DNA from: Promethearchaeota archaeon
Lineage (GTDB): Archaea > Asgardarchaeota > Lokiarchaeia > Sigyniarchaeales > SOKP01
NCBI GenBank assembly: GCA_019057795.1
Contig: JAHLWS010000053.1
Location: forward strand, 32,001 to 96,000
DNA length: 64,000 nt
Reading direction: 5' to 3'
The notes beneath the pieces were generated by a model that was not told where the DNA came from, ran no database searches, and saw only the letters and a list, made by a program, of their open reading frames with translations. Below, one piece after another: positions 36,864 through 46,429 of this stretch. The position numbers and the translations under genes were made by a program. Numbering within the stretch: the stretch's first letter is position 1; the number at the start of each line of letters is the position of its first letter.

Positions 36864-38021
36864 TTAAATAATGTACTTAATTTTTACATCCACCACTATC
36901 AAATCGGATTTAGGAGAAAACGGTTTAACGATTTTAGAGTTAATTATTTCCTCTATGTACCATCCCATCCTATTTAACTTGGTTCTTAAATTTTCAATTC
37001 CTTTTTCAATTGGATTTGGTTTTTCACAGAATTGATATAAATGCAAAATTCCGCCTGTTTTTTTCATCAGGAAGCACGCTATATCTACATAATTAATAGA
37101 TTGTTTCGGTAAATTCATTATTGTTCTATCTACGCTGTTTTTTAAATTAATTCCTAATTCATTGGATGAATTTATAAGGTCCATGATATCTATGTTATAA
37201 GCAAGAATTTCTCCTTTCAGTTTATTTAATTTTATATTTTTAATGAGATATTTATGTGCCGTGGGATTAATATCGAAAGAATAAATTTTTACATCGTTGT
37301 TTCTTGCTATTTGAATAGAGATTGGCCCAACCCCCGCAAACATATCTACGATTAATTCATTTTTTGCAAATTTGAGTAAACTTAACCTTTTTCGCTCAAA
37401 AACTAATCTTGGAGTGAAATATGTATTTTTTACATCTAATTTAAAAATACAATTATTTTCTTTATGAAAGGTTTCAGGGTTATCTACGCCAATAATAGGT
37501 TGTAATTCTTTTAGCCTATACTTTCCTTTTACTTCGCTCTTTTTCTCGTAGACTGTTTCTACCGTCTTATTAACTTTTACTATCGCTCCAGCTACTTTTT
37601 TCTTATATAATGAGATTTTGTCCACACTTAATGAGCTAAATCGGTCAAATTCGATAACCGAAATCTTTCCAATAACATCATAGGATTTTGGTATTAATTC
37701 TATAATATCTTCTGGTAATTCGCCTACTAAAGCTTCTTCAAGGGAGCGAAATTTAGAGCGTGGGTTCAGTTCCCCTTTGGCGCTAATAATTTCAAATTTT
37801 AAACCGTTTACATTACATTCATTTAATTTGTTAATGTTTTCTTTGTTCTTTATTAAAGGAAAGAGCACATAGACTCCACTATGTATAACTTTTTTCCTTT
37901 TGTCTACAATGAATTCATCTGATAATTTTGTTTTAATTAAATTCAGAAATTTTTCAGCAGAATCCTTTTTAATTTTTAAAAATTGAGTGTCCTCTTTTCC
38001 AATTTTACTCATATTCATCAT
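36864..38021 (-). CDS. trm5: tRNA (guanine-37-N1) methyltransferase, Trm5/Met-10+ family
   Basis: SYDVIG, HKENNC, YFTPRL, DMFAGVGP, DINP, MNLP. Confidence 0.88.
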   Translation of the reverse strand: MMNMSKIGKEDTQFLKIKKDSAEKFLNLIKTKLSDEFIVDKRKKVIHSGVYVLFPLIKNKENINKLNECNVNGLKFEIISAKGELNPRSKFRSLEEALVGELPEDIIELIPKSYDVIGKISVIEFDRFSSLSVDKISLYKKKVAGAIVKVNKTVETVYEKKSEVKGKYRLKELQPIIGVDNPETFHKENNCIFKLDVKNTYFTPRLVFERKRLSLLKFAKNELIVDMFAGVGPISIQIARNNDVKIYSFDINPTAHKYLIKNIKLNKLKGEILAYNIDIMDLINSSNELGINLKNSVDRTIMNLPKQSINYVDIACFLMKKTGGILHLYQFCEKPNPIEKGIENLRTKLNRMGWYIEEIINSKIVKPFSPKSDLIVVDVKIKYII

Positions 38022-38436
38022 TAAATTTGAAAAGTATTGAAATATTTTTCTTGGAATTAGTTAATTTGCTAATAATATTCCTGTTCAATTCCCTTGAGGA
38101 TTTTGTACAATTTATTAGAATGGTTCTATCGCATATATAATTGCTTTTTCGAAAAACTAAGTCTTTTTTACTTAGCAAAGTTAAGTTATTACTGCCATAG
38201 CCATAAAAAGAATCGACTATATCGTCTACTTTTATTACGACATCGATCTTTTCCCCGTTCTTAATTTTTTTCTTTAATACCGGATTTAAATCATAACAAG
38301 CTTTTGACGCCTTAATACCCAAAATACAAACCCCCTTTTTAGTAAGATAATCGTCCTTAGTTAATTCTATAGTTGTATTATGAGTACATTTAATAAAAGG
38401 ATGGCCAATTGCATTGATTGAGTCTAATAAAATCAT
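38005..38436 (-). CDS. DUF371 family protein
   Basis: AIGHPFIKCTHNTTIELTKD, LVFRKSNYICDRT. Confidence 0.85.
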   Translation of the reverse strand: MILLDSINAIGHPFIKCTHNTTIELTKDDYLTKKGVCILGIKASKACYDLNPVLKKKIKNGEKIDVVIKVDDIVDSFYGYGSNNLTLLSKKDLVFRKSNYICDRTILINCTKSSRELNRNIISKLTNSKKNISILFKFNDEYE

Positions 38437-38439
38437 TTC

Positions 38440-40086
38440 TTATTCTTCCTTTAAAAATTGAAAAAGTTCATCTATTTGTTTAACCACACAAGAATTTGAT
38501 TTGTATATTCTATTTAAGATGCTTTTAAGCCTATTAATTGGATGTTTGTTTGGAAATTGTGTAGATTCGTTAAATTGGTTAATATAAAATTCTGGAATTA
38601 GAAGGACGCATTTCTTATAATTATTCGAATTAATTTTTAAAAACGCTTCTGAATTTTTTATGGAATTTTGATAAAAAACATCATTAATAGAAGAGGAATC
38701 AAGTGATTCATATTGGCCCATTGGAAATGTATCAATTAATTCATATGGAACGATCCCATAAATTATAGAATAAAAAACCAAATGGATGTCCTTTCTTTGA
38801 AGAGGTTGATTGTTGTTTATTAGATCTAACCAGTTACCCGTGGTAGGCGAGTTTATACCTTTTACATCCAGTTCGGGTAAAATTATTAGATATTTAGCTT
38901 CTTTAGGGGGGCGGTAATCGTTAATTATTTTTTGTTCGTATCGATAAATTAAAGGTCTATCTACACTTTCGGTACAAGCATAAAGCCTTCCATGATTTTT
39001 ATATACTTTCTCGTAAATCTCAAAAAAAGGTTTATTCTTTTTTATTAGACTGGCGGCTTTCACTAAATTAGGATGAGCTCGAATTCTTTGTTCGACTAAC
39101 TCCCATAGATTTCCTTCTCTTATTGCTTGTCTTATCGTTCTTAATTCAGAGAAAGATAAGTATAAGTTATGTTTTGCGAGTAGTTCAATCCTTAAATTAT
39201 CTTTAAATTTTTTAATCTCTTTTGGGGAAAATTTCGAGCATATAGGGCAATGGCAGGGGAATTCTTCTAATTCTTCAAGCTTTTTAGTACCTGTTGATAG
39301 GGTAAAATAACGATTTTGCTTTGCAAACAATATGTATGCTGCCGAATCCATTAAATCACAACCACATGCAACCGCCAAAGAAAAATATTGCGGTAATCCT
39401 AAACCAAACATATGAATTGGTTTGTTGGGAACAATAAACTGTTTTACAGTCAATAACATTTGTGTGGTTAATTCAAACCTGTAATTTAAAAACGCTTTTA
39501 CTATTCCGCCGATAGCATAGACTCCAAAATCTAGTTTGTTCATTTCGAGTGAGCTTTCTTTCAGCAAGTCTAAATGTTTTCCTCCATGTATTGGACCAAA
39601 CCAATAACAATCTGAGCGTGATCTCCTTGAAATATTACTTTTTGCCCTTTGAATAGTAGTTAACACTTTTTCCTTTGCAACATCGTAGTGATCTTCTAAT
39701 TGCACTGGTATATCTAATATAACAGAAAAATCTGCTCCTATGCTTTCTTGAAATTTCTCAATACTGTTCGCATCAATATCTAATGAATCTTTATTATACA
39801 TATATTGTTGAAACGCACCACTATCGGTAGCTATTATTCCATCATAATTTAAATATTCGTGAAGTCCTTTCTGTAGAACTTGAGTTCTTAAGTTTTCCTT
39901 TTTATAAATAATGTATGCGTTAGTAAAAAGACATTGCGCACCAATTTTCTTTAATTCGAGAGGGGAAATTATGTTTTTGTAAGGATGTACTACTGGAAAT
40001 AAATTAGGTGTAAGCATTTCTTTATTGTTTAATTTAATGCTACCTAAACGCGCTAATGCATCGATATCATTTATTTCAAATTTCAT
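38440..40086 (-). CDS. tgtA: Archaeosine tRNA-guanine(15) transglycosylase
   Basis: TDSGAFQ, LDIP, HMFGLG, DLMDSAAY, CHCPIC..HN; GTG-N7-ATG start at 40086. Confidence 0.93.
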   Translation of the reverse strand: MKFEINDIDALARLGSIKLNNKEMLTPNLFPVVHPYKNIISPLELKKIGAQCLFTNAYIIYKKENLRTQVLQKGLHEYLNYDGIIATDSGAFQQYMYNKDSLDIDANSIEKFQESIGADFSVILDIPVQLEDHYDVAKEKVLTTIQRAKSNISRRSRSDCYWFGPIHGGKHLDLLKESSLEMNKLDFGVYAIGGIVKAFLNYRFELTTQMLLTVKQFIVPNKPIHMFGLGLPQYFSLAVACGCDLMDSAAYILFAKQNRYFTLSTGTKKLEELEEFPCHCPICSKFSPKEIKKFKDNLRIELLAKHNLYLSFSELRTIRQAIREGNLWELVEQRIRAHPNLVKAASLIKKNKPFFEIYEKVYKNHGRLYACTESVDRPLIYRYEQKIINDYRPPKEAKYLIILPELDVKGINSPTTGNWLDLINNNQPLQRKDIHLVFYSIIYGIVPYELIDTFPMGQYESLDSSSINDVFYQNSIKNSEAFLKINSNNYKKCVLLIPEFYINQFNESTQFPNKHPINRLKSILNRIYKSNSCVVKQIDELFQFLKEE

Positions 40087-40113
40087 ATTCAATCACTTCT
40101 AAATCAGAATTTG

Positions 40114-40734
40114 TCAATCGAAAAATTCTTGTAAACGGTTTTCTTGAAATAATTTTTCTAACCAGTCAATATTCCCTGCGTAATACTTTTCTAAATCTTT
40201 TTCTTTTAGAATAACATCCATTATCGTTTTAGTTATTGATTCAAAATTTATTTTTGTGGTATCAATTTCTAATATGGGCGTATCTAATTGTTTATTTAAA
40301 AAAAAATTTACGCAGTTTCCTAAAATTTCTGATTGAACATTTTCTCTAATTTTTTCTATTTTATATCCTCTTTTTTTTAACCTTATAAATAATTCGTCTG
40401 GATCACATCTCAATATTATAACCCAATCGATATATCGTTTGGGAACAATGTCTGAAAAATGACTTTCAATTATTAAAAACTCAAAATTTTCTTTTCTATA
40501 TTTTTCTATTAACTTAATCAAAAAGGGAATTAATTTACTTCTATTTATAATAGATGTTTCTCTTTTAGTGTCGTAATCTATTATTAAATCTTCTGAAATT
40601 GCTAATTCATTTAAACTAATTACTTTAACTTTAAGGTAATTAGCGATGTTGTTTGAAACAGTAGTTTTTCCTGTTCCTGGTGTGCCAGAGACCACTAAAA
40701 TTTTCATGTTTAAATAAGTAAAATCAACCATCAA
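40114..40734 (-). CDS. Adenylate kinase 6 / Fap7 family
   Basis: GTPGTGKTT, IIESH, LRCDP, KIRENVQSE. Confidence 0.88.
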   Translation of the reverse strand: MMVDFTYLNMKILVVSGTPGTGKTTVSNNIANYLKVKVISLNELAISEDLIIDYDTKRETSIINRSKLIPFLIKLIEKYRKENFEFLIIESHFSDIVPKRYIDWVIILRCDPDELFIRLKKRGYKIEKIRENVQSEILGNCVNFFLNKQLDTPILEIDTTKINFESITKTIMDVILKEKDLEKYYAGNIDWLEKLFQENRLQEFFD

Positions 40735-40831
40735 ATATAAAAATAATATTCTGTAAATAGAAATAAAATTATCACTTAATTACTTCAAGCTAGCTATAAT
40801 AAAAATTAGCATAATTAATGAAAAGTTTCAA

Positions 40832-40905
40832 TGGGAAAGGGGGGCTTCGAACCCCCGACCTCACGGTTATCAGCCGTGCGCTATACCAGGCTAAGCCACT
40901 CTCCC
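40832..40905 (-). tRNA. tRNA-Ile(GAT), no intron
   Basis: GGGAGAG/CTTTCCC acceptor, CACGG-CT GAT AA-CCGTG, GGTTCGAAG T arm. Confidence 0.95.
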
Positions 40906-41061
40906 GATGCGATCCCGCTTATTTCACCAAATTACATAAATATCATAAAATATGGTTTTTTAATATTTACCTAAAGATTAGATATTTAAAAAATTTTTGG
41001 CTTCTAAAGCCTCAAATTTTAATAGAATAAAGAGCATACTTTTTTATAATAATCTTAAAAA

Positions 41062-41502
41062 GTGAATTTAATGCCTAATATTTTAAACTATTCTATTATT
41101 GGGTTAGAGGATTATCTAATAAGTTTTGAAAGTTATTGTTCACCTTGTGAAATCCAAAAGTTTTGTAAATATGGAAAAACAGAACCTTTTTCGATAACGA
41201 TAAACTGTGGCGATTTAAATAGGGCAAAAGAAAAAATTAAATTTGACCAGCTTCAGAAGCTTCAAAAAAAAGAGGACGTTTCTGTCACTTATGAAGAACT
41301 AATTAAGAAAGTGAAGATAAACTTGCAAAACATTTTTAGTCAAATATGGAAAGAAAAAGTCAAAGCTCAAAAAGAGGAAATTAGATGTATAGATTCGAGA
41401 AAAACAGACTCTATGCTTGTTGCTCAACAAGGTCAAGACTGGTGGCAAGACTTTGTTACAACAATGAAAGAAATAAATCAAGAGTGTGAAAAAATCCTGT
41501 AG
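41062..41502 (+). CDS. Hypothetical protein with Cys cluster (CxxC-x4-C..C)
   Basis: 146-aa ORF. Confidence 0.7.
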   Translation: MNLMPNILNYSIIGLEDYLISFESYCSPCEIQKFCKYGKTEPFSITINCGDLNRAKEKIKFDQLQKLQKKEDVSVTYEELIKKVKINLQNIFSQIWKEKVKAQKEEIRCIDSRKTDSMLVAQQGQDWWQDFVTTMKEINQECEKIL

Positions 41503-41904
41503 ATCAACCTTATAATTTGAATATAGCACCAAAAAAACGAATTTAATTTTTTAAATTTGAAAATTTTATATCTAATACTTTCTATTTGGTATTTTATATA
41601 TAAAAGTAGGAAACCTAGAAAATCTATGATAAATTTGGTGATATCTGTTTCAGGTGTAATAATTTTTGGATTTACAACATTTATGCCATTAATGCTATAG
41701 GATATTGTAGACAGTAAATAATTTTGATCGAAAGATTTATATATCCAAGGTGGATATAATACATTTGCATTCAAGGAAGAAATCGATTTTCAGTCACAAG
41801 AAATTTAGATTTACAAATAATGCATTTTTCAGTTAGTTTACATGGGAATTTAGTAGTTTTAATATTTAGTTTGAGAATTATTTTTTTAAAAAGAGGTTTT
41901 CAAT

Positions 41905-42792
41905 ATGGAAATAAAATCTGAAGTTAGAAATTTATCAAATTTATGTCCAGAATGTGAGGGAAAGACAATTTCGATTCAAGAAAAGGGCGAAATCGTATGT
42001 CGTCAATGTGGGTTAGTTATAAGCGAAAGGATTGTAGATACAGCTCATAGTGGTAAAAGAGCTTTTACAAAGCAAGAAAAAGAAAGAAGGGAAAGGATGG
42101 GATCTCCAATCTCTATTTTGTTACCTGATATGGGTTTAAGTACCATTATTGATAAAAATAATATAACAAATCCTGATTTAAAAAGAGCTGCAAAATGGAA
42201 TTCTCGTATGACTTGGGATAAAAGGAATATGTTAATCGCCACAACTGAGTTAAAAAGAATAGGAAGTAATTTAAATTTACCCATTCATGTGAAAAAAGCA
42301 GCCATTAGGTTATATATTGAAGCATTTAAGAGAAAATTATTACGCGGTAGATCTATAAATGGGATGGTTGCCGCTTGCTTATACTTCGCTTGTAGAGAAA
42401 GAAGGATTCCTAGAACTCTTCAAGAAATATTAGATGAAACTTCTATTAATGCAAAAAATGTAAGAAGATGTTACAGAACATTAATAAGAGAATTAAATTT
42501 GAAAGTGCCTTCTACTGATCCGATTGCTCTTATACCAAGGTATATTGCTGAATTGGGATTAGACGCCGAAACTGAAAAAACTGCAATAAAAATTTTACAA
42601 TCTTTTATTTCAAAATATTCGACAAGTGGCAAAGATCCAAAAGGTTTGTGCGCAGGAGCATTATATTTAGTATGTAAAAAGAAAGACAAGAGGATTTCTC
42701 AAAAAGAAATTTCTAATGTTGTAGGAGTCACAGAAGTGACTCTTCGTTCTAGGTATAAAGAATTGATAAATAAATTAAACATTAAAATATAA
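41905..42792 (+). CDS. tfb: Transcription initiation factor IIB
   Basis: CPEC..CRQCG Zn ribbon, LLRGRS, PRTLQEI, SGKDP, GVTEVTLRSRYKEL. Confidence 0.95.
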   Translation: MEIKSEVRNLSNLCPECEGKTISIQEKGEIVCRQCGLVISERIVDTAHSGKRAFTKQEKERRERMGSPISILLPDMGLSTIIDKNNITNPDLKRAAKWNSRMTWDKRNMLIATTELKRIGSNLNLPIHVKKAAIRLYIEAFKRKLLRGRSINGMVAACLYFACRERRIPRTLQEILDETSINAKNVRRCYRTLIRELNLKVPSTDPIALIPRYIAELGLDAETEKTAIKILQSFISKYSTSGKDPKGLCAGALYLVCKKKDKRISQKEISNVVGVTEVTLRSRYKELINKLNIKI

Positions 42793-42802
42793 TTTTTTTC
42801 TT

Positions 42803-43384
42803 TTAAAATTCTTTTTTCAGAAGGAGTTTAATAAAATCTGGAAGGGTTATTAAATAGCTTTGAGCATTAGGAAGCTGTTCTTTGATCTTTATAAATAGTT
42901 GAGAATAATGTTCTGCCCTATCCTTTTGTTTTAGAACTTCGTTGCGCGATTGTTCTCGTATTGGCTCAACAGGAATTCCACGTAATACTGATCTAGCAGG
43001 AATTGTTAAGCCTGGTGGAATTTGGCTTTTATTGATAATTATTGAACCTTCACCAATTGAACTTTCTTCGTAAATAAGAGTACCTTCCATAATTTGAACA
43101 TAATCTTCCATAAAACACCCTAAAATGGTAACTCCCGACTCAATAATGCAATATCGCCCTATATGAATTGAACTTTTTTGGGATCTTGTAAACATCATAA
43201 CGCCATTAAATACGGTAGTGTACTCTCCAATATTAATTTTAGAGTTTTCAGCACGTATAATAGAGCCAGGCCATATAATAGCATTATCATTTACAGTGAC
43301 ATCACCTATTAAAGTAGCAAGTGGAGATACATAACTATTGCTACTGATATTAGGACTTCTTCCGTTATACTCAAGTAATACCAT
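42803..43384 (-). CDS. Gamma-carbonic-anhydrase-like left-handed beta-helix protein lacking the Zn His ligands
   Basis: ATLIGDV, IWPGSIIRAE, IPARSVLRGIP; His positions read MMFT and IESGVTILGC. Confidence 0.8.
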   Translation of the reverse strand: MVLLEYNGRSPNISSNSYVSPLATLIGDVTVNDNAIIWPGSIIRAENSKINIGEYTTVFNGVMMFTRSQKSSIHIGRYCIIESGVTILGCFMEDYVQIMEGTLIYEESSIGEGSIIINKSQIPPGLTIPARSVLRGIPVEPIREQSRNEVLKQKDRAEHYSQLFIKIKEQLPNAQSYLITLPDFIKLLLKKEF

Positions 43385-43546
43385 TATTTTTCATCTCTTT
43401 AAATAATTTTATTTTATATTAAAACTAAAAAGAAGGTAATATTTTAACCATTTAAATTTAATTTATTTATTAATTTCTATGGATTCTTTTCACTATTATT
43501 GGTATTATTTCATCCTTAATTTTAAGATAAAAATTAGAAATCTCAT

Positions 43547-44362
43547 TTAGTTATGAATTTTAACAGGATTTTTGGCATCATAAAAGTAGAACTCGTCGTG
43601 TGGAAATTCTAAACTTAAAAAATTATACAATTTTCTCAATGCTATCATTTGGCAATTGTAAAGAGGTATTTGAATTAAGTTTAAACCTGATTCTCTCGCG
43701 TAATCTGCAAAATTATGATTCATATTTCCTGAAAGATAGCAATCACATCCATACTTTAAAGCTTTTCTTAAGTAACTTAAATCCGTTGTTTCCCCTCCTA
43801 CAATACAAATTCTATTAATTTCTGCACTTGATTTGCCTACAAATGAAATTTTTTCTATTTGTAAATTTGATTTGATCCTATTCAATAAATTATCTAAGTT
43901 TAATGATCTTTTAGTCCTTGTGTATAAGTTTGGTAAACAAATCCTCCCAATAGGAACGATCTCGCCTTTATCATTCTCGATATTAAAAGGTTTATCCAAT
44001 TTTAAATATAAAGATTCCATAATTGTTTCTGAAATTCCACCTTCTGCAGCAATAAAAGATGAACTTAGTACAAATACTAATGTTGGATATTTAGAAAGCA
44101 AAGTTAATCTATTTATTAATAATTGGTTAAAATTAGTAATTGGTTCATTAATAAGACCGTAAAGGGAAATAATTAGATTGATTTTATTTTTGATTGCATA
44201 ATGAATTGATTCTAAACTTAAGTCAACTGAAAGCAATATCCTTTTAATATACTTTTTTTTACTGACTTGACCGTAATGTAACCCGTAATTTTCGGAATTA
44301 ATCCTATATATTCTCGGAGATAATTTTTTTTCAAATAAGGATTTAATCTCATCAAAAAACAT
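43547..44362 (-). CDS. NIF3/DUF34-like protein with degenerate metal sites
   Basis: YGLHYG, ILLSVDLS, PIGRI, RICIVGG, CYLSG; no HH or C-terminal H..E motifs. Confidence 0.75.
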   Translation of the reverse strand: MFFDEIKSLFEKKLSPRIYRINSENYGLHYGQVSKKKYIKRILLSVDLSLESIHYAIKNKINLIISLYGLINEPITNFNQLLINRLTLLSKYPTLVFVLSSSFIAAEGGISETIMESLYLKLDKPFNIENDKGEIVPIGRICLPNLYTRTKRSLNLDNLLNRIKSNLQIEKISFVGKSSAEINRICIVGGETTDLSYLRKALKYGCDCYLSGNMNHNFADYARESGLNLIQIPLYNCQMIALRKLYNFLSLEFPHDEFYFYDAKNPVKIHN

Positions 44363-44481
44363 TTTAACCATCAACCTTTAAGGCATTAATTGAGATTGTA
44401 AAAAACTACAAAAATTAAAAGTCTGCGTAGGTTTTTTAAAAATTAATATAAAAAATTATTTATATGGATCGAAAATAAAGA

Positions 44482-44907
44482 GTGAAAGTAATGATAAAAG
44501 ACGATAAATGCATTTTTTGCAAAATTATTGATAAAAGTATTCCGTCTAAAGTTTTATTTGAAAATGATAAGAATTTAGCTTTTTTAGACATTTTTCCAGT
44601 TTCAAAAGGCCACACGATTGTTATTCCTAAAAACCACTATAAAAATTTAGAAGAAATTCCTAATAATGAATTGTCAGAATTATTTGAAACAGTTAAAAAA
44701 GTATCTATTTTAATCCATAAAAAATTAAAAGTTGATGGTTATAATATTCTCCAAAATAATTTTAGAGCAGCTGGTCAAGCGGTTAACCATTTTCATGTTC
44801 ATATAATTCCTAGAAGGAATGAAGATGGAAAATTTAAATTATTTATCCCAAAAAAACAAGCTAAAGAAGAGGAACTTAATCAAATACTAAGAATTATTAA
44901 TGGGTAA
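44482..44907 (+). CDS. HIT family nucleotide hydrolase
   Basis: CIFCKI, AFLDIFP..GHT, HFHVHIIPR. Confidence 0.93.
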   Translation: MKVMIKDDKCIFCKIIDKSIPSKVLFENDKNLAFLDIFPVSKGHTIVIPKNHYKNLEEIPNNELSELFETVKKVSILIHKKLKVDGYNILQNNFRAAGQAVNHFHVHIIPRRNEDGKFKLFIPKKQAKEEELNQILRIING

Positions 44908-44990
44908 GCAAGTACTGATCAATTTTTAGAATTAGTTTAGTTTAAAAACATATTTTATCATTCTTTTATAAAAATAATTTGTTTTAAACC

Positions 44991-45215
44991 ATGAAAAAAA
45001 GAGTTTTCATTAAGAAATTTTATAAAATCTTAAAAAACAAATTAAAGGAATACTTTTCAGACGAATATGGTGGAAATCTTCTAGAATATGTTTTATTAAT
45101 TGGATTAGCTTTATTCATTTTTTTTATTATAGTTGGAGTTATGACTTCTTTATTAGAATGGCCATTAGAACTATCTAGTAACCTTTGGGATGAATTTGGT
45201 GCTACTTTTACTTAA
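44991..45215 (+). CDS. Flp/Fap-type pilin
   Basis: Basic leader, then FSDEYG|GNLLEY and a hydrophobic helix (E+5, Y+6). Confidence 0.75.
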   Translation: MKKRVFIKKFYKILKNKLKEYFSDEYGGNLLEYVLLIGLALFIFFIIVGVMTSLLEWPLELSSNLWDEFGATFT

Positions 45216-45287
45216 AAGAATGCCTTAAAATTGCATTCAATTAGATCAAATTTCAATCTAATAAAATATTAAAGAAATATGAAAATT

Positions 45288-45662
45288 TCAATCAGAATTT
45301 TTTATAACTAAATTTTCAATAATTTTAATATTGTATCTTTCTGTCCAAATATGAATACTTTCTAATACATATTTTCTATCTACTTGTAAAAAATCAACAA
45401 AATCTTCAAAGGGTATTTTATTAACTCCTTTAAATAAATTCTTAATTTTATTATTAATGGTAATATCATCAGGAGGAAATAGTTCTCTCTTCTTTGCTTT
45501 CATTTTTTCTATAACATCATCAAATTTACCATAGTCAAAAAAATGTTCTACAATCCTGCTGATTACTGAAGCAGGAGTGTTTCCAAAAACACCAACTAAT
45601 TCTTTTACTTGGTTCATGCTAATTTTACTTAAAGTAACCGTTGTTCTCGTTGTTTCAGTCAT
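45288..45662 (-). CDS. Ribbon-helix-helix (CopG-like) protein with C-terminal wHTH-like domain
   Basis: RTTVTLS beta ribbon, helix, GNTPASVISRIV. Confidence 0.6.
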   Translation of the reverse strand: MTETTRTTVTLSKISMNQVKELVGVFGNTPASVISRIVEHFFDYGKFDDVIEKMKAKKRELFPPDDITINNKIKNLFKGVNKIPFEDFVDFLQVDRKYVLESIHIWTERYNIKIIENLVIKNSD

Positions 45663-45886
45663 TTTAGTAATTAAAAGATTTTAATTTACAATTATAACAT
45701 TATTTTTGTCGTTTTTAAATTTATGTTAATTGATGATAATAAGGCATAAATAAGCATCTTTATATAAAACTCGATACTATAATATATCATAGAACTAGGC
45801 ATTGGTATTTAGGTTAAAATGTCGATAAATTGTCGAATTGACAGTTAATACCAATGTTCAAAAATAAATTATTGGAGGAATAAATT

Positions 45887-46135
45887 ATGGCTAATAAAAC
45901 AGAAATAGATTTTGGATATAAAGAATATTTAACACCAATTCAATATAATTTGATTAAAACATTACAAAATGGTGGACCTTATACTCGCAAAGCTTTAGTT
46001 AAAGAGCTAAATACTCCAAGAACTACCATATATGATAACTTGCTTAAATTGCAAAAAAGGAAGTTTATCGAAAAATTTTCAAGGAATAATGGAATGAGAG
46101 GTAGACCCCTGGTTTTTTGGAAACTAAAGAATTAG
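45887..46135 (+). CDS. Small winged-helix DNA-binding protein (TrmB-like)
   Basis: LVKELNTPRTTIYDNL..L, GRP wing; GGAGG SD. Confidence 0.8.
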   Translation: MANKTEIDFGYKEYLTPIQYNLIKTLQNGGPYTRKALVKELNTPRTTIYDNLLKLQKRKFIEKFSRNNGMRGRPLVFWKLKN

Positions 46136-46203
46136 ATTTTTAGAACTTTTTCTTTTTCAGTTTTTTTTATTATTTATTGAATAATTAATAATATTATTAA
46201 AAG

Positions 46204-46381
46204 CTCCAAAATTTCCATTGCAGGTTTTAATTATAAAACAGTAAGAAATTTATGTATATAGATTATAAAGCAGCCCCAGTTTTAAATTACTCATAGATAT
46301 TTAAATTATTCTATTAATGAATTAATTTACTAAAATAAACTTTTGTTAAAAGCTTAAGATTTTGCAGTGGAAAAATAGGAG
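46204..46381. repeat. Inverted pair of 19-bp ORB-like boxes flanking a 140-bp AT-rich spacer
   Basis: TGCAATGGAAATTTTGGAG (minus, 46204-46222) versus TGCAGTGGAAAAATAGGAG (plus, 46363-46381), 15/19 identical. Confidence 0.55.
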
Positions 46382-46429
46382 TACACAAATCTTATTATAT
46401 TCATACTAATTTGATTGTTTTTTAGAACA

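Noticed and set aside
40818-41030. 70-aa plus-strand ORF
   Set aside because: Antisense shadow of tRNA-Ile
41478-41774. 98-aa minus-strand ORF
   Set aside because: Overlaps the end of a plus-strand gene and the tfb upstream region; composition typical of AT-rich noncoding DNA
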